DNA of 64,000 nt from an uncultured Planctomycetia bacterium (GCA_963804825.1 CAWDRV010000004.1:271278-335277); one strand, 5' to 3'. Shown: positions 45,149 through 60,405, counted from the stretch's first letter. A program made the numbers and translations. The notes: generated from the sequence alone by a model not told the origin.

Positions 45149-47346
45149 TACTTAATGGTCATGCCGTCGAGCCAGGCGCGGAACGGCCCGCCGCCCCACG
45201 GGAAGAACTCGATGGTCATCCAATTCATGGTGGCGGGGACCTCTCCCTCGAGATTCCACACTTCGTTGCCGTGCAGCGGGATGCTTTTGTGGATCCAATC
45301 GAGACCGCCCTGCCAATTCAGCGGGTCGTCGTTCGGCCGGAGTTGGCAGAACTTGGTGGGCGACTCGTAGATCACCACGGTGGGCATCAGGCCTTTCCAG
45401 GCGTGGGTGTTGTTGTTGATCATCTTGACCCAGAAGACCAGGCTGGTCTTGCCCGCCAAGGGGATCCCGGCGTTCTTCGTGCGCGGATAGAGCAGGCGGA
45501 TGGCGGCTTCGCTGGCGGGCGTGACGCGGAGGGCCAGCGACGACTGGCCCACCAGGTGGACGTCGCGGTCGTCGCTGATCTCGACCTTGGTTTTCGGGTC
45601 TTTGACGGGCGTGACCTTTGCGTCCGAGGCCTTCTGCCCACGCGGCACGTGCCACTGATAGTTGCGGCCTTGGAGTTCTTCCCAGGACCAGTCGGCGGCA
45701 TGGCCCTCGGTGGCGGGCTCAACGACGTCCTCGTAAGCGAGGAAGTCGCCATAGGCGAGGTCCGAGAAGCGGCCGTTGGTGACGGTCATGCCGATGCTGT
45801 GCGGGCCGACCTTGTGAAAGGCGTGGGTGACGCGGGGTCCGGTGGCGGCGGTCGTCCCGTCGTTGAAGTCCCAGCGGAAGGTGAGCGGATGACCGTCGGG
45901 GTCGGTGCTGCCCGAGGCGTCGAACACCAGCTCCTGGCCCGTTTTGACGGGGGTCAGCTCGCCCGGTTTGGCGGCAATCGGCAGGACCAGCTTGGCGTGG
46001 GGCGAGCGGGTGATCTTGGGATCGTCCCTGTGGATCGTGATGTTGGTGTTGAAGCCGCCCTGAATGTCGCCGTCGCGGTTGCCTCCCATGACGTTGCCGG
46101 CGATGTCGATCCAGTCGGCCGACTCCATGTAGATGCCCCAGCGGTTGTCGCGGATGACGTTGTTTTCGATGACCCAGTGGAAGACCCTGGATTGCTGCTT
46201 GGGCGACGCGTTGATGGCCAAGCAGATGCCGGCGCCGTTATTGCCGACGCACTTGTTGCCGCGAACGATGATATGGTTGCACCAGCCGAGCATGATGATG
46301 CCGCCGGCGCCGTTTTGCGGCCCGTTCGGCACGTACTTGAACTGCCACGGCGCGTTGTGCAGCCCGCTGGGCACACCGTTGTAGCAGCACTCGTTGTCCT
46401 CGACGATCGACTCGTTCGACAGGCCGATCCAGATGCCGTGGCTGCCGTGGTTGGCCTTGTTGTGGCGATAGATGTTGCGCGGGCATTGGGCCTCGATGCA
46501 ATTGTTGTTGGCAAACGAGGTGTCGTTCGACTCGATCACGTTGCCGCTGCTGGCACCACCGGACGGACGCAGGAACAGCCCGTCGCCGCCGTAGGTGATG
46601 TCGTTGTCGGCGAAGTAGTTGTCGTTCGAGCAGGCCAGGACCAGCACGCCGGCCGAATCGCGGGCGTGGACCTCGCCCGGACGGATGCGGATGCCATAAC
46701 TGAGATTGTTCTTCAGGAAGCGGTTGCGGCAGGCGGCCCACAGCCTCACGCAGTTGTTCGAGGTGACGGAGAAGTTGTTTTCCTCGACCAGGTTGTCGTT
46801 CGAGTCGGCCAACTGGCAGGCGTCCCAGACCCGATTGGCCTTATTCTTGCGGAGGGTGGAATGATCGACGCCCTCCAGCACGATGCCGCCGTGCTGGCCG
46901 ATTTCTCCCCAGCCTGCCTCAGGATAGTGGAAATTGTCGGAGAAGTTGCAGTTCTCCACCAGCCACTTGCTGCCTTTTTCGACTTTCAGCCCGATGTCCC
47001 AGCCCTTGGCATTGACGTTCCTCAGGGTAACGTTCGAGACGCCCTTGGCCGCGATGCCGATGCCTTTGAAGTCTTTCGGATCGCCCTGGCGGGCGCCGAT
47101 GACCCATGCCCCGTGGCCGTCGATGGTGATGTTCGAGGCCTTGATGACGATGGGTCCGTAGGTCTTCGCGGGGTCGAGCACGGTGTCGGCGGTGATTTCC
47201 AGCGGGGGCGGGCCCGCGGGCGCCGGCGCCTGGGCACGCGCGATGGCGGCCGCCACGCACACGGCCCCGAGCGCGGACAACACCCACGTCCGCGAGATTT
47301 CAAAACGCGACCAGCCGCGACGGCGAGAACAAGACGGTGCAATCAT
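45148..47346 (-). CDS. Secreted right-handed beta-helix (pectate-lyase-fold) protein with PKD domain
   Basis: Signal peptide MIAPSCSRRRGWSRFEISRTWVLSALGAVCVAAAIARA. Parallel beta-helix repeats (NITIDGHG, NVTLRNV, NCNFSDN). PKD TFRWDFNDGTTAATGPRVTHAFHKVGPHSIGMTVTNG. Intact. Confidence 0.75.
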   Translation of the reverse strand: MIAPSCSRRRGWSRFEISRTWVLSALGAVCVAAAIARAQAPAPAGPPPLEITADTVLDPAKTYGPIVIKASNITIDGHGAWVIGARQGDPKDFKGIGIAAKGVSNVTLRNVNAKGWDIGLKVEKGSKWLVENCNFSDNFHYPEAGWGEIGQHGGIVLEGVDHSTLRKNKANRVWDACQLADSNDNLVEENNFSVTSNNCVRLWAACRNRFLKNNLSYGIRIRPGEVHARDSAGVLVLACSNDNYFADNDITYGGDGLFLRPSGGASSGNVIESNDTSFANNNCIEAQCPRNIYRHNKANHGSHGIWIGLSNESIVEDNECCYNGVPSGLHNAPWQFKYVPNGPQNGAGGIIMLGWCNHIIVRGNKCVGNNGAGICLAINASPKQQSRVFHWVIENNVIRDNRWGIYMESADWIDIAGNVMGGNRDGDIQGGFNTNITIHRDDPKITRSPHAKLVLPIAAKPGELTPVKTGQELVFDASGSTDPDGHPLTFRWDFNDGTTAATGPRVTHAFHKVGPHSIGMTVTNGRFSDLAYGDFLAYEDVVEPATEGHAADWSWEELQGRNYQWHVPRGQKASDAKVTPVKDPKTKVEISDDRDVHLVGQSSLALRVTPASEAAIRLLYPRTKNAGIPLAGKTSLVFWVKMINNNTHAWKGLMPTVVIYESPTKFCQLRPNDDPLNWQGGLDWIHKSIPLHGNEVWNLEGEVPATMNWMTIEFFPWGGGPFRAWLDGMTIK

Positions 47347-47692
47347 GGCGAGACTCTCCAAGGTGGGGCGGTCATGCGGCAACGGGATCGACCGCGGTCG
47401 TTTTTTGGTAGGAAACACCCGCGGAAGGACGCACGCCGGATGACTGCTACAAGGGGGGGTAAACTTAGGCAGGACGGCAACGAACGCCCCTCATTATACT
47501 CTGGCGCGAAGCAAGAGCAACCAAATTCCCGAAATCGATCTTCGGGCCCCTACTTTTTTCGTTCCCATGTCGCCACTACAATAACGCCCGCGGCGGCGTG
47601 GTGGGCTTGTCGTCCGGCGTCCTCGGGGCCGTCGGCCGGCGGTCGTTTTTTTCAGGGGTCATCGGCACCGGGCATGAAGCGGAGGGTCAAGC

Positions 47693-48942
47693 ATGAATTG
47701 GGCGGTTTATCTTGAACTCAGCGGGGTGTTTCTGCTGGAATTTGCCGTCTGGGGCGCGTGGATGCCGGTGTTGGCCGCCCGATTGCTGGGGCCGTTGAAG
47801 CTGAGCGGGAAGCAGACCGGGTGGATATATGCCACTCTGCCGCTGGCCAGCCTGATCGCCTTTCCTTTGGCCGGCCACTTGGCCGACGGATACGTGGACC
47901 TCCGCACAATCTTGATCGTCTCGCACGCGGCGGGGGTGGCGCTGCTCTATCTGGCCTCGCGGATGGAAAAATTCGGCGGGCTGTTCGTGACCATGTTTCT
48001 TTACTCGCTGTTTTATGGGGCCACGCTGCCGCTGGTCAACGGCTTGGTCTTTCGTCATGTCGCCGAGACCGGCGTTGCAGAGGCAACCATCATCCCGTGG
48101 ATTTTCGTTTGGGGGCCCATCGGCTGGTCGCTGACGGGATACGTGCTGGCCGGCCTGCGGCAATGGGGGATCACGAAGGCCGACGGCAGCGACGCCCTGA
48201 AACTGGCGGCCGTCCTGTCGCTGGTCATGGTTCTGATTTGCGTGGCGGCGCCACTGTCGCCTCCGGGAAACAAGGGCACGCCGATTCTCCAGGCATCTCC
48301 CTGTTCCGCGAACCCAATTTCGCGATCTTTATGGTCGTTTCCTTGGTCTTGGCCGCCACGACCTCGTTCTACTTCCAGGGGACGGCCCAGTTCCTCCAGG
48401 ACATCGGCGTCTCCGGCAAGAACGTCTCGGCGGCCATGAGCATCGCTCAAGCCGTCCAGGCGGTGGCGACCATGACGATCCTCGGTCTCCTTTATTACCA
48501 CGGGCCAAAGTGGACGGTCGCGCTGGGCGCCGGCTGCTGGGTACTGATGTACGCGATCTACGTCGGCAGCCGGCAACGATGGCTCATCGTCCCGGCGCAA
48601 GCGCTGCACGGGGTGGCCTACCTGTTGGCGTTCAACGCCGGCTGGCTGTTCGTCAAGGACATTGCCCCGGAGGAAATCCAGAATTCCGTCCAGTCGCTTT
48701 TCAACCTGGCGATCGTGGGCGTCGGGCCGTTCCTCGGCACGCAACTGGCGGGTGTGGTCATGGACCGGTTCGCCGTGGAGGGCAAGTTCCAGTGGCGGAA
48801 AATATTCTTGGTGCCGCTGCTTTGCACGCTCCTGGGAACGATCGTTTTCGCCGCGGCGCTGCACGATCCGCAGAAGATGTCGGGTGAAAAGGCCCCCGCC
48901 GGCAAGACCGCCCAGCCCGCGACGGCGACCGACAAGCCGTAA
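47693..48942 (+). CDS. MFS transporter (nucleoside:H+ symporter-like), frameshift near 48290
   Basis: 12-TM pattern split across ORFs 47693..48439 and 47758..48942. Confidence 0.65.
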
Positions 48943-49002
48943 CCTTCCCGGTTTGGACATAAGCCGCGGCAAGGTTGTCGGCGGCCCGATCCTCCTGTAT
49001 AA

Positions 49003-50126
<1,124 letters not shown>

Positions 50127-50477
50127 TCGTAACCGTGCACGCCCCCGGCAGAGAAACCGCGGATTAACGCAGATAAACGCGGACAGAGATGGATTTCATC
50201 AACTGCGTTGATCCGCGTTTATCCGCGGTTCCCTCGCTGGATTTTCCGATCTGTGAACGGTTACCTGTAATCTGCCAAGTGCCCATGAATTTTCCACGAC
50301 GAGGAGGGCGGACATGGTTGTCCGTCCTCCTTCCTCGTTTTTTTCCTGGTCTCGGGTTCGATTTCCCCGCCGCGGCCCGGACCCGTATAATACACGGAGG
50401 ATCGTGGGGGACTGTCCCGATTTTCGTCCGACGAAAATGGGACTGTCCCCTTGGGAAGTGCCTCCGTGAACCGAACG

Positions 50478-51903
50478 ATGTCCACCACCCTGAACAGGAC
50501 GAGACTGAGCGACAGCGGATACGACTTCATCGACGAGCCGTATCTCTTGGGGCTGTTGAAGCGGCCGTCGTCGCCGGGCCGCCTGCGCGACGTGATCGCC
50601 AAGAGCATGGCCAAGGAATCGCTCGACGTCGAGGAGACCGCCGTGCTGTTGGCCGCCGCCGACGCCGAGAGCGTCCAGCGGATTTTCGACGCGGCCCGGC
50701 AGCTCAAACGCAACGTCTACGGCAATCGCATCGTGTTGTTTGCGCCGCTGTACGTCGGCAACGAATGCACCAACGATTGCCAATACTGCGGCTTCCGCCG
50801 GTCCAACCGCGAGGCGGTCCGCCGGACGCTTTCGCCGGCCGACCTTCGCGCCCAGGTCGAGGCCCTGGAAAGCCGCGGCCACAAGCGGATCATCCTCGTC
50901 TTCGGCGAGCACCCGTCGTATACGCGCCCCGTACATGGCCGATTGCATCCGGCAGGTCTATGCGGTCAAGGTCGGCCGCGGCGAGATTCGCCGGGTGAAT
51001 CTCAATGCCGCCCCGCTGGACCACGCCGGCTACGAGATCATCCAGGCAGCCGGCATCGGCGCCTATCAAATCTTCCAGGAAACCTATCACCACGAAACCT
51101 ATGGCCGCGTGCACCCCCGCGCGACGGCCAAGGCCGACTATCTCTGGCGGTTGGACGGCGTCGCCCGGGCCATGGAATCGCAGTGCGGCGACGTGGGCAT
51201 CGGCGCCCTGTTCGGACTGTACGACTGGCGTTTCGAGGTGCTTGCCCTGGTGGCGCATGCCAGGCACTTGCAAAAGCATTACCAGGTCGGGCCGCACACG
51301 ATCAGCTTCCCGCGGCTGCGGCCGGCCAGCGGCGTGCGGTTGGACGACACCTGCCTGGTCGGCGATGAGGCGTTCAAGCGGCTGGTGGCCGTGCTGCGGC
51401 TGGCGGTGCCCTACACGGGCTTGATCTGCACCGCGCGCGAGCCCCCCAGCTCCGGCGCGAGGTCCTGGCCCTGGGCGTCTCGCAAATCGACGCCGGCAGC
51501 CGCGTCGAATTGGGCGGTTATACCGAGGTCGGCGACGCCCAGGTCATGGAACGCGGCAATTCGAGCTCGGCGACATCCGCAGCCTCGACGCCGTGTTGGG
51601 CCAACTGGTGACCGACGGCTACATCCCCAGCTTTTGCACCGCCTGCTATCGGCTCGGCCGCACCGGCGAGCACTTCATGGAGTTTGCCATCCCCGGCTTC
51701 ATCCAGAACTTTTGCACCCCCAACGCCCTGAGCACGTTGATGGAATACTTGCAGGACTACGCCTCGTCGGAGACCTATGCGGCCGGCCATCGGCTGATCG
51801 AGCAAGAGCTGGCGAAGATGCCCGAGGGAAAACGCAAGACGGAACTGATCGACCGGCTCCGCCGCATCCGCGAGACCGAGCAGCGGGATTTGTATTTTTG
51901 AAA
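50478..51903 (+). CDS. ThiH/HydG-family radical SAM enzyme (2-iminoacetate synthase-like), >=3 frameshifts
   Basis: CTNDCQYCGF radical-SAM cluster motif. QETYHHETYGRVHP. The C-terminal GYIPSFCTACYRLGRTGEHFMEFA is typical of ThiH. Pieces lie in ORFs 50451..51368, 50740..51924 and 51593..51901. Confidence 0.7.
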
Positions 51904-52009
51904 GGCAGTGAGCCGGCGGCGTAAGCCGGCGGATGAGGCTTGCCGCGATGGGTCCCGGGCAGTAGAATCAGACGCACCAGAACACAGCCCCGATCGGTGG
52001 TTTTCAGCC

Positions 52010-52549
52010 ATGACCGCGAAACAATTCTACGATTGGCAAACTGCCGGCGGCACCGACGACGTCATGCGGCTGGTGGACTGCCTTGAGAGGGCGGATATCG
52101 CTTGGTGCGCCATCGGCGGCGTGGCTGTGAATCACTGGGCGAAAGAACCCATGGTGACCCAGGACGTTGATTTCGTCGTGGCCAGCAACGCCGTCCCGCG
52201 CACCGTCGCGTTGCTCGAGGAAGCGGGATTCCGATCCGAAAGATTCGAGTGGTCCGTCAACTTCCAGGGCCGCTCGAAGCTGACCCTTCAACTCAGCACC
52301 GAGGAATTCTACCGGGAGTTTCCCGCCCGAGCCGTGCCAGCCGACGTTCACGGCATTCTCTTGCGGGTGGCCTCGCTGGAGGACACGCTGCGGGGAAAGA
52401 TCAAAGCATGGGCCGAACCGTCGCGGAGGCAAAGCAAGCGGATCAAGGACCTCGGGGATATCGCCCGGCTGGTGGAAGCGCATCCCCGGCTCTGGGACCA
52501 TTTGCCGGACGAACTGAAACGGCAAATTCAACGGCCGGAGGGGAAATAG
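52010..52549 (+). CDS. Nucleotidyltransferase-fold protein (DVDFVV motif)
   Basis: MTAKQFYDWQ...CAIGGVAVNHWAKEPMVTQDVDFVV. Minimal NTase-like pattern; function not established. Confidence 0.45.
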   Translation: MTAKQFYDWQTAGGTDDVMRLVDCLERADIAWCAIGGVAVNHWAKEPMVTQDVDFVVASNAVPRTVALLEEAGFRSERFEWSVNFQGRSKLTLQLSTEEFYREFPARAVPADVHGILLRVASLEDTLRGKIKAWAEPSRRQSKRIKDLGDIARLVEAHPRLWDHLPDELKRQIQRPEGK

Positions 52550-52573
52550 TCGCTTACGCCTCCGGCCCGCTTT

Positions 52574-53685
52574 TCATCGCAGCGTCGGGCCGTCGATCAC
52601 GTCGATGTGCTGGGCCATGAGGTGGCTGGCCTGCTGCTCGGGCACGTAGCCGCGGGTGCCGTTGATGCCCACTTGCCGGCCGAGATAATAGCGCAGGTTC
52701 ATGCCGGGCTCGGGCGTCACGTAGCAACGCACGCGGCCGTAATCGTCCAACAGGGCGTATTGCGGCGCCCCGATCCGCGACGGACTCACCCGCGCCAGCT
52801 TGCCCACCCCGTCGTACCGCCCGTCGGTGTCGAATTGCGGCGCGACGCCGCGTAGCCGCGGGCCGACGCGGGCCGATTGGCGGTCCATGCGGTCGATCTC
52901 GTCGTGCATCGCGTTGATGTGGTCGTAACGTTGTTTCATGTCCTCGAAGCGGGCGATCTTGCCCAACAGCAGCCGGGCCCGGCCGCGATCGACCGCGGTC
53001 TCGGCCTGGTCCAACAACGCCTCGCTCCGCGTGCGCAACTCGCCGAACTGCCAAACGGTCGGCTCCTCGACCACGACGCTCGAAAGATCGAGTTCGATCC
53101 GGTTGACCGCGGTCTCAAAGGGCGCGGCCGAGGCGGCCCGACCGTCGCCACGGGTCTTCCGCAGACCGTTGTAGGGGAAGTCGGCGTCGACGAACCGGCC
53201 CGAAATCCAGCGGAACTCGCCCGCCGGCGGGGCAATCTTGACCCAGGCGCCGGCGGCCGTGCCGGCGTCCGGACCCTCTCGCTTGGCCTCCAAGACTTCG
53301 ACCAACTCGCCGCGGTGCAGGCGGACCTGGATCACGTCGCGGATGTCGCTGAAGCGGCTGCCCACGCGGGCGGCCACGTGCTCTTCGCTCACGGTGGCGA
53401 GGTTCTTGTGGCCCAGTTCCAGGTACCGCCCGGAAACCCAGGAAAAACTGCCCCGGCCGGCCGAATGGCCAGCCAACCGCCGGGATCCTGGCGATAGACC
53501 TCGACCGGATCGCCCGTCTTGAGCTTGTCGGTGGGGTAGTAGTTGTCGCCCGGACCGCTGCGGACGTAGACATCGTTGGCGATGACGTAAGCCTTGTAGG
53601 GGAAGGTCTGGCCCGGGGCGGCCCGCGCCGTGGCAACCCAACAGCCAAGAAAACAGCACGAAATCGCGGCAAGGGACAATCGCAT
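52574..53685 (-). CDS. Secreted SH3b-domain protein (frameshift near 53440)
   Basis: Signal peptide plus SH3b YVIANDVYVRSGPGDNYYPTDKLKTGDPVEVYRQDPGGWLAI in ORF 53389..53685. The rest is in ORF 52574..53887. Confidence 0.5.
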
Positions 53686-53764
53686 GGTTCCATACCTCCC
53701 AGGACAGTGGGAAGAGATCGGGTTGATTTCGAGTTAGGCGGTTTCTTCGTTCGGGCGAAGCAGT

Positions 53765-53915
53765 AGTGCCACGGGCATCTTGCCCGTGCCCTCGTGCGGG
53801 GTGCCACGGGCATCTTGCCCGTGCTGCAATCGGCATTGGCACACGCACCAGTGTTGGCTTCGGGCACTGGCAAGATGCCAGTGGCACCCGTGCCAGATGC
53901 CAGTGGCACCCGTAT
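53765..53915. promoter_or_regulatory. Cluster of short palindromes/direct repeats in divergent intergenic region (2x CACGGGCATCTTGCCCGTG, CACTGGCAAGATGCCAGTG, 2x ATGCCAGTGGCACCCGT)
   Basis: 7-3-7 inverted repeats ACGGGCA-tct-TGCCCGT at 53770-53788 and 53805-53823. ACTGGCA-aga-TGCCAGT at 53866-53884. They lie between the SH3b gene start and leuS. Confidence 0.4.
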
Positions 53916-54132
53916 CCGTGCTACCCAACGCTATGTGAAAAGTGGCTGGAAAAGTAGACCGAGAAAAGTAGACCGCGGACTTGTAGCGAAAATGGGCCGC
54001 CGATTCAAGGGCAATTGTGGTTTGCCGCGGAGGGCCGGTTCTCGATAAAATCATGGTTTCGTCTTCCGCTCCCTCTTCCTCCGGGAGGGGGGGAGACCGT
54101 TTTCACGCCCTTTCCCTGAAGCAGGCTGTGCC

Positions 54133-56803
<2,671 letters not shown>

Positions 56804-56834
56804 CGACGGCGCAATCGCTTCGGGATGCGAATTA

Positions 56835-56965
56835 GTTTCTCTCGCGGAAGGCTGAGAATTTGTAGGGTGGGTCAAGCGCAGCGAGACCCACCATCAGTCT
56901 TTCGCGAATTTTGGTGGGTCTCGCTGCGCTTGACCCACCCTACCATAGTTTTCCGCAACAGAAAC
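56835..56965. repeat. Nested palindromic element, second copy (outer IR GTTTCTCTCGCGGAAG; arms GTAGGGTGGGTCAAGCGCAGCGAGACCCACCAT)
   Basis: Same architecture and about 85% identity to 45006-45148. Sits between the convergent leuS and GYD genes. Confidence 0.75.
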
Positions 56966-56969
56966 GCAT

Positions 56970-57254
56970 TTAGATGCCGGCCACCAGGGCGTCGAAATCC
57001 TGCACGGAAACGGCCGGCGACGTGTTGAACGCGATGCCGGTCAGCTTGCTCAGGGCGACGGACGCCTTCATCGCGTCGCCGTTGCCGGGAAACGACACGA
57101 CGAACACCAGGTCGTACCGCCCGAGCGTCGCATACAGGCCAATCACCTCGCCGCCGTAACGCTTGATCAACTCCGTCGCCTTTTCGGTCCGCTGCCGGCT
57201 GATTTGCCGCGAGCCCTCGGGCGAGTACCGTCCGAACATGATGAACGTGGACAT
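56970..57254 (-). CDS. GYD-domain protein
   Basis: MSTFIMFGRYSPEG...GEVIGLYATLGRYDLVFVVSFPGNGDAMKASVAL matches the GYD family pattern. 94 aa. Confidence 0.65.
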   Translation of the reverse strand: MSTFIMFGRYSPEGSRQISRQRTEKATELIKRYGGEVIGLYATLGRYDLVFVVSFPGNGDAMKASVALSKLTGIAFNTSPAVSVQDFDALVAGI

Positions 57255-57350
57255 GGCTCTACTCCCTGTCAGGTTGTGAGGTTCGTACCCCGTGTCACCG
57301 CAGTACCATTATACGGGGCGGTCCAGGGGCATCAAGCGGCAGCACCCCGG

Positions 57351-58106
57351 CTACCAGAGCCACCACGCGCTGAACTTCAACACGTAGAGTCCCAACAGCA
57401 GGTTGGTCAACGCATGCGCGGCCACGCAGTCCCAGATGTTCTTGGTCTTGGCCATCAGCCAGGTGATCAGCGAGAACCAGACCAGGACCGCCGGCGTCTC
57501 GACGGGAAAGTGGTGATACAGGACCGGCACGCCCACGCCCACCGCCACCGCGACGGGGGTCAACTTGCCGAAGGGCACTTCCCACCAGCGCGGCTGAATG
57601 ACGTATCGCATGAGGAAGCCGCGGAGGAAGAACTCCTCGATCATCGGCGCCACGACGACCAGTCCCAGGAAACGGACGCCCAGGAAGCCCCAGGCGCAAA
57701 CGGGGCAGGCGGCCAGTTGCTCGAAGGGGTCGTAGGCCGTTCGGGCCCCGACGTTGGTGAGCCAGCCGAGAGACAGCGTCTTGCCGATCCAGGTTTCCAG
57801 TCCCAGTCCCAGGTAGCAGAGGCCGATCCAAGCGGCGCCGCCCCCGACGCCGGCGAGGATCGCCCAGGGACTCAGCCGCAGCGGGAATTGGCGATAGCCG
57901 GACCACACCAGGGCCACGGCCGCAAGCGTCAAGACGATCTTCAACGTGTAGAGCCACGGATACCAGGCGTAGGGGATGGGCAATGCCCAGGCGCTGCGGG
58001 CGGCGCCGTCGGGCCCCGGCTCCAACGTGCCCAGCAACAGGAAGACGAGAAAAGGGAGCAGGAAAACCAGCCAGCGGTGCTTGGTCAGAAGGTCTTGCTT
58101 CAGCAT
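57351..58106 (-). CDS. CPBP-family intramembrane metalloprotease (CAAX protease/Abi)
   Basis: Multi-TM protein with an EEFFLRGFL (EExxxR) motif and conserved His residues. Confidence 0.7.
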   Translation of the reverse strand: MLKQDLLTKHRWLVFLLPFLVFLLLGTLEPGPDGAARSAWALPIPYAWYPWLYTLKIVLTLAAVALVWSGYRQFPLRLSPWAILAGVGGGAAWIGLCYLGLGLETWIGKTLSLGWLTNVGARTAYDPFEQLAACPVCAWGFLGVRFLGLVVVAPMIEEFFLRGFLMRYVIQPRWWEVPFGKLTPVAVAVGVGVPVLYHHFPVETPAVLVWFSLITWLMAKTKNIWDCVAAHALTNLLLGLYVLKFSAWWLW

Positions 58107-58169
58107 GGCCAGGGGTCCAAGGCTCGGCTAAAGCACCGGACTTGAAGAGTGTGCTTCCGGGAACACCGC

Positions 58170-58687
58170 TCAATCGTTCATGTCCAAGAACACCTCGTCC
58201 GAGAGGCCGCGCTCCGCCGCCATCCCCAGCTCATCCAAGCGGCGGCGCTTGCCCACGGCGTGCCAAGGACTGACGCCCCGCAGTTCGGGCATCATCTCGG
58301 TCAACTGGTCGATCAGCGTCTGGGCCATCAGGTGGACGGGCTCTTGCTCGGCCTGTTCCAAGATGGCCAGCGCCGTTTTCATCAGGCGGACCAATTGCGC
58401 CCGCTTCATCAGCGGCTCCGAAAGCGAATCGTCCGACTCGACCAGCAATTCGCCCACGGGCACTTCCAGCGCTTTTTGCCACTGGTAAAGTTTGCTGAGC
58501 GGCAGATCGGAAAACTGGTTCTCCTGCGCCTGATCTCGGCGATATCGACGTTCAATCGCCGCGCGACCGCCCGGCGCGAGATGCCTTGCAACTGGCGGAC
58601 GGCTGCCAGCCGGTGCAACGGCTGCTTGACGGGAAGGTTCAACCCCTGGGAACCCTCGGCCCCACACGCGCAATCCACGATGCTCAT
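58170..58687 (-). CDS. XRE-family HTH regulator (frameshift near 58530)
   Basis: HTH ISRRAVARRLNVDIAEI in ORF 58409..58687. The C-terminal domain is in ORF 58170..58709. Confidence 0.45.
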
Positions 58688-59040
58688 GGCACGTTCCTTC
58701 CGTGATCACGGCTGGTCGTTTGCCTTACGGAATCTCCGGGATAAACGTGAACGAAGCGACAAAGACATTCCGTTTCCCGCGACCAGACATGATCCAGCGT
58801 TCCCCATTGGGCAGCGACGGTCTAGCGACAAACCCACACTGCCACGTAATCCAACTCACTGGCGGATGGCTCACTGGAAGACCGGCGAAGAAAAGAGCCC
58901 GACTCGAAAGCACGGCCTTCGTGGTCTATCCTAACCTAGCCGCAAGCGATCCGCAAGCAAGTTCCGCACAATCGGCAAAAGAATTGCCGGCGGCATAACC
59001 GTAACAGGGGGTGCCATCGCCCGGAATGACCGCTCCCGGT

Positions 59041-59418
59041 CTATTCACCCAGGGCAAGCTGCCGCAGCCGGGCCAGGTAGTTCGGCCGCGCCGGCCGGTT
59101 GGCATGGGCGAGCCGCTCCATCCTGCGGCGGTCCTTGTCGTGGACAAAGACCATCTCGCCCCGGCTCTCGGACAGCCCGGTACGCAAGGCCGCCTCTCGC
59201 CCTAAAGGCTTGCCGTGCCGAATCATTCGCACTTGGGGATAGTGCCGGGTCAGCTCGTGGGCCACCTCGCTGGTGGCGTCGGCCGAGCCGTCGTCGATGA
59301 TCAGCAACTCGAAACGGTCGGCCAAGGCGGCCGTCGCGTCCAGGACCTCTTCGACCGTCTCCGCCAGGGTTGCTTGGGCGTCTTGGACGGGCAAAAGAAC
59401 GGTCAAGAATCGCTTCAC
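59041..59418 (-). CDS. Glycosyltransferase family 2 N-terminal-domain protein (short; possibly truncated)
   Basis: GTG at 59418 with RBS GGAAAGGAAG. VKRFLTVLLPVQD...LLIIDDGSAD...MIRHGKPLGREAALRTG is a GT2 pattern, but only 126 aa. Confidence 0.45.
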   Translation of the reverse strand: MKRFLTVLLPVQDAQATLAETVEEVLDATAALADRFELLIIDDGSADATSEVAHELTRHYPQVRMIRHGKPLGREAALRTGLSESRGEMVFVHDKDRRRMERLAHANRPARPNYLARLRQLALGE

Positions 59419-59607
59419 AGGATGCTTCCTTTCCCCTCCCGCGGGCAATAAGTTCGAGGAATGCCCCGCTTCTACCGGGGGCGCATATCCTCGTAGTTGC
59501 TTTCGGACCGGCACAAACCATAGCTCTAGACAAGCGGAGAATAATGGTTTTGCACCATCCGTAGGGGCATCGACGAAGGTGCCGCCTTTGCCGCCTTCTG
59601 CGAAAGA

Positions 59608-60405
59608 AACCGGGACAGGTCCGGTATTGACAAGATAGGTAAGATTCTCTTATCCTCTACGCCATGCCGCGTGCTGCCAGAGTCGCCCCCGGTGGAATGG
59701 TCTTCCATGTCCTCAACCGAGCCATTGCGCGGGTTCGGATATTCGAGAATAATGGGGATTATGCCGCGTTCGAGCAGACCTTGGCGGAGACGTTGCGACA
59801 ACGGCCCATGCGGGTATGCAGCTATTGTCTGATGCCGAACCACTGGCACTTTCTCCTTTGGCCGGAACGCGACGGCGAATTGGCGGCATTCCTGCAGCGA
59901 CTCACCATTGCTCACGTTCGGAAGTGGCAAGAATATCGGGGCGTCACTGGCACGGGGCATTTGTACCAGGCGCGTTACAAATCGTTTCCCGTGGAGGATG
60001 ACGAGCATTTCCTGGCGGTGGCCCGGTACGTGGAACGCAACCCGCAACGTGCTGGGTTGGTGTCGCGCGCGGAAGACTGGCAGTGGGGTAGCCTGTGGCG
60101 GCGATGCCGAAACGCCATCGCGCCGAGTATTCCGCTGTCGGCGTGGCCGATGCCGATACCCGCCTCTTGGTTGGATTGGGTGAACGCCGCGGAGGACGAG
60201 GACCAGTTGAAGCAATTGCGGACGAGTATTGGACGAGGCCGGCCGTTTGGTCGCGTGGAGTGGCAGCACCGCGTGGCCAAGCAGCTTCGCTTGGAGTCGT
60301 CGTTTCGGGAACCGGGCAGGCCCAAGGGATTCAAACGTTCGTGATCAACAAACCATCAAGACGTTAAATTACCCATTTTCACAATACCGGACCTGTCCCG
60401 GTTTC
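59608..60405 (+). mobile_element. REP-associated tyrosine transposase unit (RAYT gene flanked by inverted REP copies)
   Basis: REP AACCGGGACAGGTCCGGTATTG at 59608-59629 and its reverse complement CAATACCGGACCTGTCCCGGTTT at 60383-60405 bracket the RAYT CDS. Confidence 0.7.
59664..60344 (+). CDS. REP-associated tyrosine transposase (RAYT, IS200/IS605 TnpA-like HuH Y1)
   Basis: HuH motif CLMPNHWHFLLW and catalytic Tyr region GHLYQARYKSFPV. 226 aa. Confidence 0.8.
   Translation: MPRAARVAPGGMVFHVLNRAIARVRIFENNGDYAAFEQTLAETLRQRPMRVCSYCLMPNHWHFLLWPERDGELAAFLQRLTIAHVRKWQEYRGVTGTGHLYQARYKSFPVEDDEHFLAVARYVERNPQRAGLVSRAEDWQWGSLWRRCRNAIAPSIPLSAWPMPIPASWLDWVNAAEDEDQLKQLRTSIGRGRPFGRVEWQHRVAKQLRLESSFREPGRPKGFKRS

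Noticed and set aside
53850-53915. Sigma-54 promoter (TGGCAC-N5-TTGC) among the TGGCAC-containing palindromes upstream of leuS
   Set aside because: The GG and GC elements are not separated by the required 10 nt in any register.
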